A stretch of 52,531 bases of DNA from Opitutia bacterium (GCA_050506795.1 JBJHCF010000040.1:1-52531); one strand, 5' to 3'. Shown: positions 10,125 through 20,829, counted from the first letter of the stretch. The notes: generated from the sequence alone by a model not told the origin. Program-made: numbers and translations.

Positions 10125-13100
10125 ATGATGCAACCTCGAAGCAATCGAACCTCACTGTTTCTCCTTCCCTGTCTGACGTTTTTCCTTTTCGCCGCAACTC
10201 TCCGGTGCGAAGTTGTCATCAACGAATTCGTCGCCTCGAACGGCTCGGTATCGATGGATGAGGACGGAGACTTCGAGGATTGGATCGAGCTTTACAACAC
10301 GGGCCCGGAACCGGTGAACCTCGAAGGGTGGGGTCTGTCCGACGACCCGGACACCCCCTTCAAATGGACTTTTCCGTCGAGGACGATCGGTCCTGGCGAG
10401 TATCTGCTGGTTTGGGCCTCGGGAAAGGACCGACGTCCGGGTGCGGAGGATGGTGAGCTAGAAAGCGATTTCAGCGATCCGGCTTCGGTTGAGGGACTGA
10501 CGGGATGGTTCAGCGCCGACGCGTTAAGCGATCTTGCCGACGGTGATCCCGTCGAGGTTTGGCACGACATGAGCGGACTGGGCAACGACGCCATTCAGAC
10601 CGCCGCGAACGCCCGTCCAATCTTCGAGAACAACGTTATCAGTGGACACCCGGCCCTCCGCTTCAACGGCATCAACCAGCAGTTCTCGCTTCCCCACCAG
10701 CAGTTTGCGGAAATGGATGATTTCGAAAACTTCACCCTGTTCGCCGTAGTGCGCTGGAACGGTGGAACCACTTCCGGCATTTTCGGCACCGGCCCGTCGA
10801 ATACCAACTCCGGAAACCTTCACCTGGAGGTGACTTCGGCCGGGGGAACGCTCCGCCTGCGGGTCGGGGCGATGAACTCCATATCCGCGGGCAACGTTCT
10901 GGAGGAAGGCGCCTGGGCACTGGTGGGCGCCTCCCAATCCGCCGGAGACGAACCGGTAGCGCGCGTTTACCGCAACGGCGAGATCGTAGGGAGCCGCAAC
11001 GAGGATCCGGGAACGGTGAGCACTTCGGGCTTCGGCGGCATCTTCCTGGGCAATTCGCACGACTCTCCCAGGAATTTCGACGGGCACATCGCCGAATTCA
11101 TCCTCTACAATCATTCCCTTTCCACGGACCAGCGCCGTGAAGTCGAGCGGTATCTCGCGGATAAATACACCCTTCCCTTCGGAGGACCGGCCGGCCCCCG
11201 GCTCCACGCCAATTTCCGAATCAGCGCCGCCGGTGAACCGTTGTCGCTCACCCGTCCCGACGGCTCCACCGCCGACGCAGTGGATCCGGTGATGGTTCCG
11301 CGCGATACCTCCTACGGCCGCTTCCCCGACGGAACCGGCGACTGGTTCCATTTCCTCGAGCCGACTCCGTCTTTCAGTAACACCACCCAGACCTACTCCG
11401 CCCCGCTTTCTCCCCCGGAATTTTCACACGCACGGGGATTCTACGAAACCCCTTTTGAGCTGACCCTGTCCCACGACAACCCCGAAGCCGAAATCCGTTT
11501 CAGCACCGATGGGAGTCCTCCCTCGGAATCGGCGGGCGCGCTGTACCAAGGTCCTATTTCCATTGCCGGGAACACGGTGGTGCGGGCCGTCGCTTACCAG
11601 GACGGCGCCCTCCCGGCCCATCACGTCATGACCCACAGTTACCTCTTTCTGGAGGACGTGATCGCGCAACCCGACGACCCGGAAGCCCTTGATTTCCCGT
11701 CCCAATGGGGTTCCTGGAGTCTCGTCCACTACGGGATGAGCCCCGATGTCACCCAGCATTCGGCCTACGCTCCGCGGATGGTGGAAGCCCTGACCAGCAT
11801 TCCCAGCGTGTCGCTGGTGATCGACATGGACGACATGTTCGATCCCGACACCGGACTTTATCCCAACCGCACGCGCAAGGGCCAGCAATGGGAACGACCA
11901 GTCTCCATGGAACTGATACATCCTGGCGGAGAGCCGGGCCTCCAGATAAACGCGGGATTGCGATCACAGGGCGGGGCCAGCCGACAAATCAACAACACTC
12001 CCAAGGCGTCACTTCGTGTCCTCTTCAAGAGTGAGTACGAGGCCAGGCGACTCGAGCATCCCTTTTTTCTGAGCAGCGGTTCGGACATGGCAGATTTCAA
12101 CACCATCACCTTCCGCGCCGAGTACAACAACGAGTGGTTGCATTGGGCCAGCGATCAACGTCTCCGCGGTCTGTACATGCGGGACAGATTCATACGCGAT
12201 TCGCAGATTGCGGTGAGCGGCAGCGGTTCCCACAGCAAGCACGTTCATCTTTATATCAACGGCGTGTATTGGGGTCTTTACAACCCTTCCGAACGAATCG
12301 ACGCGGCCTTTGGGTCCACCTACTTCGGAGGGGAACGCGAGGACTGGGACGCTTATACGCATAACGGCGTGCGGGACGGAAACCGGGAAGCCTGGGATGC
12401 CATGGTCGCCCTTACCAACGCCGGACTGTCCTCGCTCGAAAACTACGAGGCGATCCGGGAATACCTCGATGTGCCGCACTACATCGATTACATGATTGTA
12501 AACATGTGGGCGGGAATGGACGATTGGCCTCACAACAACTGGAACGCCATTCGACGACGCGAACCGGGAGCCGGGTGGATGTTTTTCTGTTGGGATTCCG
12601 AGCGGTCAATGGAGGGCCTGCACAATAATCGGGTAAACGTAAGCGCCGACGCCGCCAGGTTCTATGCGGAACTGCGCAATAACGCTGAGTTTCGCCTGCT
12701 GTTCGCCGACCATGTCCACCGGCATCTGTTCAATGACGGCGCCCTCACCCCCGAAAAAACGATCAACCGGTTCATTGAAACCGCCGCTATCGTCGAGGCG
12801 GCCGTCATCGCCGAGTCGGCCCGCTGGGGAAGTTATCGTCGCGACAAGGACTGTCGCGGCGCGCCCTGTGTCCTTTACACCCACACCAATCACTGGATGC
12901 CGGAGTTCGACCGCATCGTGAACACCTATCTCCCGCAACGGACCGGAATTGTGGTTAATCAATTCCGTAATGCCGGCTTGTATCCCAATACCGACGCCCC
13001 CGTTTTCTCTCCGCGGGGAGGCGTTACACCGGGAACCAGCGAGGTTTCGATTACTTCCTCCAGCGGCACAATTTATTACACGATCGACGGAGGCGACCCG

Positions 13101-15383
13101 CGTAGCTACGGAACGGGAGCGGTTTCCTCGAGCGCGTTCCCTTACACCGGACCCATTGCCATTAGCGGCGACACCGTCATCAGGGCGCGGGTGCTCGATA
13201 ACGGCGAGTGGAGCGCTCTCGACGAGGCCCACTTCGTGACCACCCGTACCGATCCCCACCCCGTTATCCAAGGATCGTTCGAGTTCAATGAGTGGAGCCG
13301 GGAAGCCCCCGCCGGGACGTTTCCGCCGCACATGCTCTTCGAGCAAGTCCAGGAGTCCGATCCGGGACTTCGGGTTGAGATGGACGGCCTGTGGCAACTG
13401 CCTTACAACCTCGAAAGCCGCAGCCGGGTCAACGGTCTCGGGGAACATGGAGTCTCCTTCATCAACACCGCCAACACCCAGGACCACGAGGAAGCCGGTT
13501 ACCTGGGCTCAGCGGTCCTCGCCCTCGACACTCGAAGGGCGGAAAACATCCGGGTCCAATGGACTGCCGGCACGGTAACACCAAACGACCGGACCTACGC
13601 CTTGCGCCTGCAATACCGCGTCGGCCCAACCGGATCCTTCTTCGACGTGCCCGGACCGGACGGAGAGCCTCTTGATTATTTGCGCAACGAAACGCCGGGA
13701 CACAGTGAGCTGTTTGGTCCGGTGGCGCTTCCCGTCGATGCCGAGAGGGAACCCTATGTTGAACTGCGCTGGAAATACTACCACGTCCTGGGCGACTCCG
13801 GCCCGCGGGCCGAACTGCGCCTGGACAATATTCGGGTGGCCGCGGGCGATCCCGGCGAAGTGACCGCCCTGGCCTTCGAGACGCAACCTCCGAGTACCGG
13901 CCAAAGCGTCCTTGAACTGCCGCCGATTCGGGTACGGGCGACCACAACGGACGGATTTGCCGACCCGCATTTCGACGGCGAGGTCGCCCTCAGCCTGTCA
14001 CCCGACACTACCGGCGTGTTGACCGGAACCACCACCGTCCCGGCGGTCGACGGCGTCGCCACTTTCGAAGGTCTTGCCGTCGATGGCGCGGGGGTCTTCA
14101 GGCTGGAAGCCGAAGCCGGAAACCTGGAACCCGCGACCAGCGACGCCTTCCGGGTCATCCGTCTCACCGGGCCGGTCATGCCTCGTTTTATCCAGGGGGA
14201 GCAGGACGCAAGCGCCGACAACAACAATCGGGTGCCATTCGCATTCCGCCTTTCCCTGGAAGGTCTGCGCCCGGATTCCGTCTACCGCTACGGCAACCGG
14301 ATTATCACCGGCGACGACCCGCCCCAGCAGAATGGCGCGGGGAACGCGATTCTCGTGACCGGCCGGGATGTCGACTGGATCCGCAATACCGATTCGCCGA
14401 GGTTCCGGTTCGAAGACTTCGGAAGCCGTCATTACCGGTTCACCACCGATTCCGAGGGCGCGTACTCCGGGTGGTTCGTCACCGAACCCAGCGGAAACCC
14501 GCGCTTCACCCCAGGGAACGATGTGCTGGTTCGCCTGCTTTTGAATGATGGCGAAGATGGAGAGGAGTATCACCACTTCCTCACGGCCAAGGAGACGGTG
14601 CGGGTAATCGCCTTCGGTACCGGCCCCGAAGATGCGACCGGTGTGGCCGGAGAAAGCCTTTCCGGGGCGAAGCGGTTTGTGGTGCTCTATGACAATGTCG
14701 CGGGCGAAGGGAGGCCGCTCGCGGCGACCATGGTTGAGGTCACCGGAGCCGAGGTCGACGACCGGTACGCTCCCTTTTACCATGAAATTGTGTCTCAAAC
14801 CCCCAACCGGTGGGGAACGCTGATTCCCAACGACCTCGCCACCGGCGTTCGCCGGATCGAGGAGCGCTCCCTTGAGGACGGAAGCCTGGTCGCCGTCGGC
14901 ACGTTCGCGGACGGAATCGCCGCGACAATCAGCCCAAACAGCGGAATTCAACCCGTCTTCCTGAACGAACGTGCGGAGGAAACCTATCATTTGTGGTTGG
15001 AACGGGTGTTTCCGGATCACAACGACCGAGATAATCCCACCGTGTCCGGTCCACAGGCCGACCCCTGGGGAGACGGCATCACCAACCTGGTTCGTTATGC
15101 GCTCGACATCACTCCCGGCGAGTCCCCGGCACAGTCGATGCCAAAGATGGAAATCCTCGGCGACCGGCTCTCACTGCTGTTTCACCGCTCCCCGGCAAAA
15201 ACCGACATCGCCTATATTGTCGAAGCTTCCACCGACCTGATTGACTGGAGCGAAGTCCTTTACGACTCGACGACTGACCAGCATGCAAACACCGACGGAG
15301 CAATGATGCGCGTGCTCGATTCCGCCCTCACCTCTGCATCCGGTCCCCGCTTCCTCCGCCTCCGTATCGTGGGTCAAATGTGA
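10125..15383 (+). CDS. Large secreted CotH-kinase family protein (lamin-tail, LamG-like and chitobiase-C-type domains, C-terminal module)
   Basis: Signal peptide; VVINEFVASN...DWIELYN lamin-tail start; LYING.YWGLYN..ER, DWPHNNW and WDSE CotH motifs; two I.[FY].T/IDG..P chitobiase-C-type repeats; ends RFLRLRIV. Confidence 0.85.
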   Translation: MMQPRSNRTSLFLLPCLTFFLFAATLRCEVVINEFVASNGSVSMDEDGDFEDWIELYNTGPEPVNLEGWGLSDDPDTPFKWTFPSRTIGPGEYLLVWASGKDRRPGAEDGELESDFSDPASVEGLTGWFSADALSDLADGDPVEVWHDMSGLGNDAIQTAANARPIFENNVISGHPALRFNGINQQFSLPHQQFAEMDDFENFTLFAVVRWNGGTTSGIFGTGPSNTNSGNLHLEVTSAGGTLRLRVGAMNSISAGNVLEEGAWALVGASQSAGDEPVARVYRNGEIVGSRNEDPGTVSTSGFGGIFLGNSHDSPRNFDGHIAEFILYNHSLSTDQRREVERYLADKYTLPFGGPAGPRLHANFRISAAGEPLSLTRPDGSTADAVDPVMVPRDTSYGRFPDGTGDWFHFLEPTPSFSNTTQTYSAPLSPPEFSHARGFYETPFELTLSHDNPEAEIRFSTDGSPPSESAGALYQGPISIAGNTVVRAVAYQDGALPAHHVMTHSYLFLEDVIAQPDDPEALDFPSQWGSWSLVHYGMSPDVTQHSAYAPRMVEALTSIPSVSLVIDMDDMFDPDTGLYPNRTRKGQQWERPVSMELIHPGGEPGLQINAGLRSQGGASRQINNTPKASLRVLFKSEYEARRLEHPFFLSSGSDMADFNTITFRAEYNNEWLHWASDQRLRGLYMRDRFIRDSQIAVSGSGSHSKHVHLYINGVYWGLYNPSERIDAAFGSTYFGGEREDWDAYTHNGVRDGNREAWDAMVALTNAGLSSLENYEAIREYLDVPHYIDYMIVNMWAGMDDWPHNNWNAIRRREPGAGWMFFCWDSERSMEGLHNNRVNVSADAARFYAELRNNAEFRLLFADHVHRHLFNDGALTPEKTINRFIETAAIVEAAVIAESARWGSYRRDKDCRGAPCVLYTHTNHWMPEFDRIVNTYLPQRTGIVVNQFRNAGLYPNTDAPVFSPRGGVTPGTSEVSITSSSGTIYYTIDGGDPRSYGTGAVSSSAFPYTGPIAISGDTVIRARVLDNGEWSALDEAHFVTTRTDPHPVIQGSFEFNEWSREAPAGTFPPHMLFEQVQESDPGLRVEMDGLWQLPYNLESRSRVNGLGEHGVSFINTANTQDHEEAGYLGSAVLALDTRRAENIRVQWTAGTVTPNDRTYALRLQYRVGPTGSFFDVPGPDGEPLDYLRNETPGHSELFGPVALPVDAEREPYVELRWKYYHVLGDSGPRAELRLDNIRVAAGDPGEVTALAFETQPPSTGQSVLELPPIRVRATTTDGFADPHFDGEVALSLSPDTTGVLTGTTTVPAVDGVATFEGLAVDGAGVFRLEAEAGNLEPATSDAFRVIRLTGPVMPRFIQGEQDASADNNNRVPFAFRLSLEGLRPDSVYRYGNRIITGDDPPQQNGAGNAILVTGRDVDWIRNTDSPRFRFEDFGSRHYRFTTDSEGAYSGWFVTEPSGNPRFTPGNDVLVRLLLNDGEDGEEYHHFLTAKETVRVIAFGTGPEDATGVAGESLSGAKRFVVLYDNVAGEGRPLAATMVEVTGAEVDDRYAPFYHEIVSQTPNRWGTLIPNDLATGVRRIEERSLEDGSLVAVGTFADGIAATISPNSGIQPVFLNERAEETYHLWLERVFPDHNDRDNPTVSGPQADPWGDGITNLVRYALDITPGESPAQSMPKMEILGDRLSLLFHRSPAKTDIAYIVEASTDLIDWSEVLYDSTTDQHANTDGAMMRVLDSALTSASGPRFLRLRIVGQM

Positions 15384-15413
15384 ATCCGAAACCGCCTGCC
15401 GGAGACAACAAGG

Positions 15414-16766
15414 TCAGCCCGTGCCTTCCCCGGTAAACTCCAATGCCTCTTTTTCCCGTTCGAGCAACTCCTCGATCACGGCGTCGCCGTCCTCGATAGT
15501 GCGGACCAGGGGATCGGTCATCATGGCCCGGCGCAGAAGGTTCCGATCATTACGCACAATCGCTTCCACCGTGAGTTCGTGAACATCGAGGATACCCATT
15601 TGCAGGCCGCGAAGTCCCAGGGGGAAATCATTCACTTTGCGCGGGCGGGGACCGTGCTCGAGGTCGACGTCGCAGAGCAACTCGAGGAAGGCGTCGTCGG
15701 GCAGATTGCCGACCGCGCCCCGGTTGGGCACATTGAGATAAAACGGTTCGCCGGACCGGGTCCACATGGCGCGAATGATGTCGGTGGCGTGATCGGAGAC
15801 CGTCTTCTCGTGAAACGTCTCGATCGGTTTGCTCCCCTCCCCGTAGGCGGAAATCTCCTCCCAGGCCTGCTCGGTTTGAGCGACGCGCTCGTCGGCATCG
15901 AATACGGTCAGCGGGGCGAACCGCCTCGGGGCCAGGCTCGCGCCCTGCCAATAAGGAAGGTATTCCTTGGTGTGAGCGACGCAGGCCGGGCAGGCGCCGA
16001 AAGTATCCCACAACTCCAGGCTGTAGGTGTTGTTGAAGCGGCTCTTGGCGTAACCTTCATCCTGCTCCTGATCCGCCAACGTTTTCATCGCCTTCCGGAT
16101 CTCCGGGCTCAGGTCGCGACCGCGGAAACTGGCTTCCAGCACCCAGGTGAAGTGATTGACCCCGGCAATCTCCAAATGGAAATCCTTTTCCTCTTCCTTC
16201 GCCAGTCCGGCCATCTCACGGTAATGGCTTTTCACGTAGGGCATGTGCAGGCTGTCGCACAGCGCGAAACTCTTGACCCGGGTATGCCGCATCAAAGCGA
16301 TGCCGTTGACCGTGGAGGGATTGATGTAGTTGATCACCCACGCCTGCGGGCAAAGCTCCTCCACCAGCCTGGCGGTACGCAGGATCTCAGGCAACTCCCG
16401 CATGGCGCGGAAAATGCCGCCGGGCCCGATCGTATCCCCCGAACACATACGAATCCCGAATTTGGCGGACACCTCACAATCGATTTTGCGGTAGTGGGCA
16501 TTGCGGTTGGAAAAACTCAGGACCACGAAGTCGGCGTTCGGCAGGGCCTCGCGCACTTCGGTGGTCCCCTCGATTCGCAGGGAGACTTCCGCCGATTCGA
16601 CCGCGCGCCGAGCGAGAGCCAACAGTTTCTCGAGACGACGAGCGTCGGTTTCCACCAGCGAGAGCGTGCCTTCGGTCAGACCATCCAGGTGGATCATCCC
16701 CCAGATCGCCTTGCGACCGAAAAAAAAGCTTCCCGCCCCCACCACCACAACTTTGGGTTTGGCCAT
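15414..16766 (-). CDS. GH4 NAD-dependent glycoside hydrolase (alpha-galactosidase/glucosidase-like)
   Basis: VVVGAGS Rossmann motif, DTIGPGGIFRAMR, NYINP, LCDS, AGVNHFTW. Confidence 0.9.
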   Translation of the reverse strand: MAKPKVVVVGAGSFFFGRKAIWGMIHLDGLTEGTLSLVETDARRLEKLLALARRAVESAEVSLRIEGTTEVREALPNADFVVLSFSNRNAHYRKIDCEVSAKFGIRMCSGDTIGPGGIFRAMRELPEILRTARLVEELCPQAWVINYINPSTVNGIALMRHTRVKSFALCDSLHMPYVKSHYREMAGLAKEEEKDFHLEIAGVNHFTWVLEASFRGRDLSPEIRKAMKTLADQEQDEGYAKSRFNNTYSLELWDTFGACPACVAHTKEYLPYWQGASLAPRRFAPLTVFDADERVAQTEQAWEEISAYGEGSKPIETFHEKTVSDHATDIIRAMWTRSGEPFYLNVPNRGAVGNLPDDAFLELLCDVDLEHGPRPRKVNDFPLGLRGLQMGILDVHELTVEAIVRNDRNLLRRAMMTDPLVRTIEDGDAVIEELLEREKEALEFTGEGTG

Positions 16767-16821
16767 CGTAACCCTCTCCTACCGCAAAAAAAGGACCTAC
16801 GAAAGCAAAAGATTTCCCGGC

Positions 16822-16850
16822 TTGACAGCGTGAACGTAAGTCCATATCCA
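16822..16850 (+). promoter_or_regulatory. Candidate lexA promoter with imperfect palindrome in the spacer
   Basis: TTGACA 16822-16827, 17-bp spacer containing TGAAC-gtaa-GTCCA, weak -10 TATCCA. Confidence 0.5.
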
Positions 16851-16860
16851 TTTATTCACC

Positions 16861-17502
16861 ATGAACTCCCTAACTCTTCGTCAGCAGGAAATCCTTGGAT
16901 TCATCCGAGTTTTCGCCCGTGACCAGGGCTACTGGCCCAGTATCCGCGAGATTCAAAAACACTTCGGGTTCAAAAGCACCAACGCGGTGGCCGGCCACCT
17001 TCTGGCCCTGGAACGCAAGGGCGCCCTGGCAAGAGTTCCCGGGCAGGCGCGCGCCTACCGTATCACCGGCGACACTGGAGAAACTGGCGGCAAAACCCTT
17101 GCCGATGAAATCGATGTGGTGGAAATTCCGGTTTACGGCAATATCGCGGCTGGATTCCCGGAAGGAGTGGAGTCCGGCAACGCCATCGCCCGTCTGCAAA
17201 TCGACGTGGAGACCGCCGGCATTGCAAGGGGCGGCAAGAGTTTCGCCCTGCGCGTACGCGGCGAGAGCATGATCGACGCCGGGATTTTTGACGGTGACAC
17301 CGTGATCCTGGAAGTACGCACCCCGCGCAACGGCGACATTGTGGCCGCGCTGATCGATGGCGAAACCACCCTCAAGCGCTACCTCCAACCGCAAGGTCAA
17401 CCTCCGTATCTCAAAGCGGAAAACCGGACCTTTCCCTCCATTTATCCGGTGAATGAACTTCTGGTTCAAGGGGTTGCCACCTCCGTGGTCCGCCGCCTTT
17501 AA
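16861..17502 (+). CDS. lexA: SOS repressor LexA
   Basis: LTxRQ.EIL, PSIREI, HL.ALERKG HTH; IAAG cleavage site; GESM serine and TLKR lysine of the catalytic dyad. Confidence 0.96.
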   Translation: MNSLTLRQQEILGFIRVFARDQGYWPSIREIQKHFGFKSTNAVAGHLLALERKGALARVPGQARAYRITGDTGETGGKTLADEIDVVEIPVYGNIAAGFPEGVESGNAIARLQIDVETAGIARGGKSFALRVRGESMIDAGIFDGDTVILEVRTPRNGDIVAALIDGETTLKRYLQPQGQPPYLKAENRTFPSIYPVNELLVQGVATSVVRRL

Positions 17503-17562
17503 AAGCACTCAATAAACCTGTTGACACCGGTCTGAAAAAGACGGAAAAAAACATTTTCCTGC

Positions 17563-17640
17563 GGTGGTTGTAGCTCAGTTGGTTAGAGCATCGGTTTGTG
17601 GTACCGAGGGTCGCCGGTTCGAATCCGGTCAGCCACCCCA
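17563..17640 (+). tRNA. tRNA-His(GTG)
   Basis: G-1 GGTGGTTGTAGCTCAG..., anticodon loop TTGTGGT, GTTCGAATC, ends CCACCCCA; TTGACA at 17521. Confidence 0.96.
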
Positions 17641-17756
17641 CATTTCCCATCGTCCGATCCCCGGCCGCGATGGTTTTTCGTATTAAAAGCTTGCGCTCAC
17701 GGGGCGCAGATCTTTTGTTCTTCCATTTAACGTTTTACACCGTCCATATTGAAGCC

Positions 17757-17987
17757 ATGGCCAAGATTTGTCAGATTACCGGAAAGCGCCCGACCCGCGG
17801 CAGCATTATTCACCGCAAGGGACAGAGCAAAAAGAGCGGGGGCATCGGGACCCACGTCACTAAAATCACCAAGCGGACTTTTCGTCCCAACCTTCAGCGG
17901 GTGCGTGTCCGCCTGCCCAACGGCCAGGTGAAGCGTATGCTGGTTGCGGTCAAGGCAATCAAAGCCGGCAAAGTCGTCAAAGCCTGA
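17757..17987 (+). CDS. rpmB: 50S ribosomal protein L28
   Basis: MAKICQITGKRP..G...TKRTFRPNLQ signature. Confidence 0.95.
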   Translation: MAKICQITGKRPTRGSIIHRKGQSKKSGGIGTHVTKITKRTFRPNLQRVRVRLPNGQVKRMLVAVKAIKAGKVVKA

Positions 17988-18027
17988 ATCCAGGGCGGAG
18001 AACGACGGTCTCCGGCAAAAATTTTTG

Positions 18028-18060
18028 ACCCGGGGCGACCTTTGTTGCTCCGGGTTTTTT
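18028..18060 (+). terminator. Intrinsic terminator after rpmB
   Basis: ACCCGGGGCGAC/GTTGCTCCGGGT stem followed by a T run. Confidence 0.8.
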
Positions 18061-18064
18061 GCGT

Positions 18065-19615
18065 TTATTGGCCGAGGAACCGCCGCAACAGCGCATCGAC
18101 CTCATCCCGCCCTTCCAGGCGCAGGTACCAGATCATCAGTCCGTAGAGTCCTATGGCGGCGGGGATCACCACCAGGATCCCGGAAAACGCGGCCCAGCGC
18201 CCGTCGGGGAACACTGCTTCCAATCCACGCATGGCCAAAAACACCCCAAGACTCATGACCGCGGTGGCGATGGCAATCTTACCCAGATCCCGGGCCTGAT
18301 GACGGAGTGCGGTACCGCTCAACCGGCGATTGAGACGTACCTGGAGCAATCGGCTTTGCACCACGACGGAACCAAGGTTGGCCAGAGCCAGACCGACAAT
18401 TCCCAGGAACTGCATCAGGGTAAGACTAAGGATCAGGTTGAGCAAAAACCCAATGCCGGCGATTCTCACCGGTGTCACCATATCCTTGAGGGCGTAGAAC
18501 CCTCGGGTCTGGTGGGCGGCCAACGAGTAGAATGGCAAACTGAGGGCAAAAACGGTCAGTACCGGCAAAGTCTCCCGGGTATCGGCCGCGCCAAACGCCC
18601 CCCATTGAAACAGGCTGATGAGAATCGGTTCGCGCATCAGGATAATACCGGCGGTGGCCGGCAATGTGATGGCGAGAATCAGGCAGACGCCTTTCTGATA
18701 ACCGACCGCGAAGCCCTCGAAATCCTTTCGGGCCGCGTGCCCCGCGATCAACGGAAACACCACCGTGGTCACGGCGATGGTGAATATGCCGAGCGGAAGT
18801 TCCATCAACCGACTGGCGAGATAAAGGATCGCCACCGCGGATTCATCGAGGGAAAAGGCCAGGAACCGGGACACCACCACATTGATCTGAAAAATGGCCG
18901 CTCCCGCGAGGCCGGGCAGCATGAGTCCGGAAATCTCCCGCACACCCGGAGTCACGCGAGCATCGAGACGGGGACGCCATCCTTCGCGCCGCAGAGCCCA
19001 AACCGGCACCGCCACCTGGATGACGCCGCCGGCCAGGATCCCAAAGCAGAGGAACCCCATTTTCCCCTCCGGCGTTCCGGCCAGCCACCCGCCCAGTACT
19101 CCCAGCGACAGGAGCACACTTAGATTCAGCCACACCGCGGACAGCGCAGGAACGGCGAAACGCTGAAGCACGTTCAACGCCGCCGCCAGCATGGCCGCCA
19201 GACAAACAAAAAACAGGTAGGGAAACAGGATGCGTCCCAGATCAGCCCCCAGGTACCAGCGCTCATCCAGACCCGGGATCCAGTGAATGGCGGAAAAAAG
19301 GAGCAGCGCCACCAACACCAACGCCGTCAGGACCACCAGCAACCAGGTCATCACCTGATTCAAAAGGACAAAGATCCCCGGCCGCTGGTTGCGCTCCATT
19401 TCCTCACTCAGGGTAGGCACCAGGGCCGCCGTCAAGGCGCCCTCTCCCAACAGCCGCCGGAAAAGGTTGGGCAGGGTAAACGCGAAGATAAAGGCGGAAT
19501 TCAGGGCCGAAGTACCAAAAACGGCGAAGGTGAGAATGTCGCGCGCCAGACCAAGCACTCGCGAAATCACGGTGGAGGCGGACACGATCCCTATGCGTTG
19601 AAACAGACCTGACAT
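18065..19615 (-). CDS. murJ: Lipid II flippase MurJ
   Basis: SRVLGLARD, AFTLPNLFRRLLGEGAL, RLMELPLG, FYALKD..TP. Confidence 0.95.
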   Translation of the reverse strand: MSGLFQRIGIVSASTVISRVLGLARDILTFAVFGTSALNSAFIFAFTLPNLFRRLLGEGALTAALVPTLSEEMERNQRPGIFVLLNQVMTWLLVVLTALVLVALLLFSAIHWIPGLDERWYLGADLGRILFPYLFFVCLAAMLAAALNVLQRFAVPALSAVWLNLSVLLSLGVLGGWLAGTPEGKMGFLCFGILAGGVIQVAVPVWALRREGWRPRLDARVTPGVREISGLMLPGLAGAAIFQINVVVSRFLAFSLDESAVAILYLASRLMELPLGIFTIAVTTVVFPLIAGHAARKDFEGFAVGYQKGVCLILAITLPATAGIILMREPILISLFQWGAFGAADTRETLPVLTVFALSLPFYSLAAHQTRGFYALKDMVTPVRIAGIGFLLNLILSLTLMQFLGIVGLALANLGSVVVQSRLLQVRLNRRLSGTALRHQARDLGKIAIATAVMSLGVFLAMRGLEAVFPDGRWAAFSGILVVIPAAIGLYGLMIWYLRLEGRDEVDALLRRFLGQ

Positions 19616-19791
19616 TGTAAAAAAAGAACCCCGGCGCGAATTCAAACCGGCATCCCGGAGACGCCGGGAGTCTGGATTTATGCCGGTCCCAATTCATTAA
19701 ACAAACCTTTCTTGAGGATTGCGGTTAAATCCTTCCGGGGATAATAATGCCGCCCATTGAAAACCGGTCCAACCCACAAAACAAGCAACCG

Positions 19792-20829
19792 ATGTCACTG
19801 ATTGAACGACTTTCCGCCAAACTTCAGCGTCACCCAAAGCGTGTCGTTTTTGCCGAAGGAGCCGATCCGCGCATACTCCAAGCCGCGCGCCAGTTCACCA
19901 CCCGCAAGATGGGAGTGCCTATCCTGCTGGGAGACCGGGCAACGATCAAGGAGAATGCAGCACGCCTGGATATCAACCTGGAGGGCATGCGCATTATCGA
20001 ACCGGAGAACAGCGATGATTTCGAAGACTTCGTGATGCGCCTGGAGACCTTCCGTCGCTACAAGGGGCTCAAAGCGGTCGAAACCCGCGAAGCGGTCAAA
20101 GACCCCAGCACCTATTCCACCCTCATGCTGGCCACCAACCGGGTGGACGCCCTGATATCCGGAGCGACCGTAGCCGCGTCAAGTGCCCTGCGACCGCTTT
20201 TCCGAATCATTCCACGCCATACCGGGGTAAAAACGGCGTCCTCGCTGCTGATTCTCGAACAGGAAAACAAGAGCCTGGGATTCGATGGAGTACTCTTCCT
20301 GGCCGACTGCGGCGTTATCCCGGATCCCGACGCGGAGCAGTTGAGCGATATCGCCATCACCACCGCCAAGATCGCCCATCACCTGACCAACACCCTGCCG
20401 CGAGTGGCCATGCTGAGTTATTCCAGCAAGAGCGTTAACACCCACCACACGGCAATTGTCAAAATGCGCGCCGCCACCGAACTCGCACGGCAGAAGGCCA
20501 AATCAGCCGGGATACCGATGGAAATCGACGGGGAGTTGCAGGTGGACGCGGCCCTCGATCCCACCACCGCCTTGACCAAGGGGATCGAAGGTCCGGTCGC
20601 CGGACGGGCCAACGTTCTGATTTTCCCGGATTTGAACAGTGCGAATATCGCCTCTAAACTGCTGCAAATCGTGGGACACAGCAATCTTTACGGACAGGTC
20701 ATCACCGGTCTGAGCAAGCCCGCCGCCGAGATCAGCCGAGGCTCCAGCGCCCACAATGTGTTCGGCGCCGCCGCCATCGTCGGCTGCCAGGCGATCGACC
20801 ACCGGCTGCTTTATGGAGAAGAAGGTTGA
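19792..20829 (+). CDS. pta: Phosphate acetyltransferase catalytic (PTA/PTB) protein
   Basis: KRVVFAEG.D.R, LADCGV.PDP, VAMLSYS, DGELQVDAA, ANVLIFPDLN, GLSKP..EISRG. Confidence 0.85.
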   Translation: MSLIERLSAKLQRHPKRVVFAEGADPRILQAARQFTTRKMGVPILLGDRATIKENAARLDINLEGMRIIEPENSDDFEDFVMRLETFRRYKGLKAVETREAVKDPSTYSTLMLATNRVDALISGATVAASSALRPLFRIIPRHTGVKTASSLLILEQENKSLGFDGVLFLADCGVIPDPDAEQLSDIAITTAKIAHHLTNTLPRVAMLSYSSKSVNTHHTAIVKMRAATELARQKAKSAGIPMEIDGELQVDAALDPTTALTKGIEGPVAGRANVLIFPDLNSANIASKLLQIVGHSNLYGQVITGLSKPAAEISRGSSAHNVFGAAAIVGCQAIDHRLLYGEEG

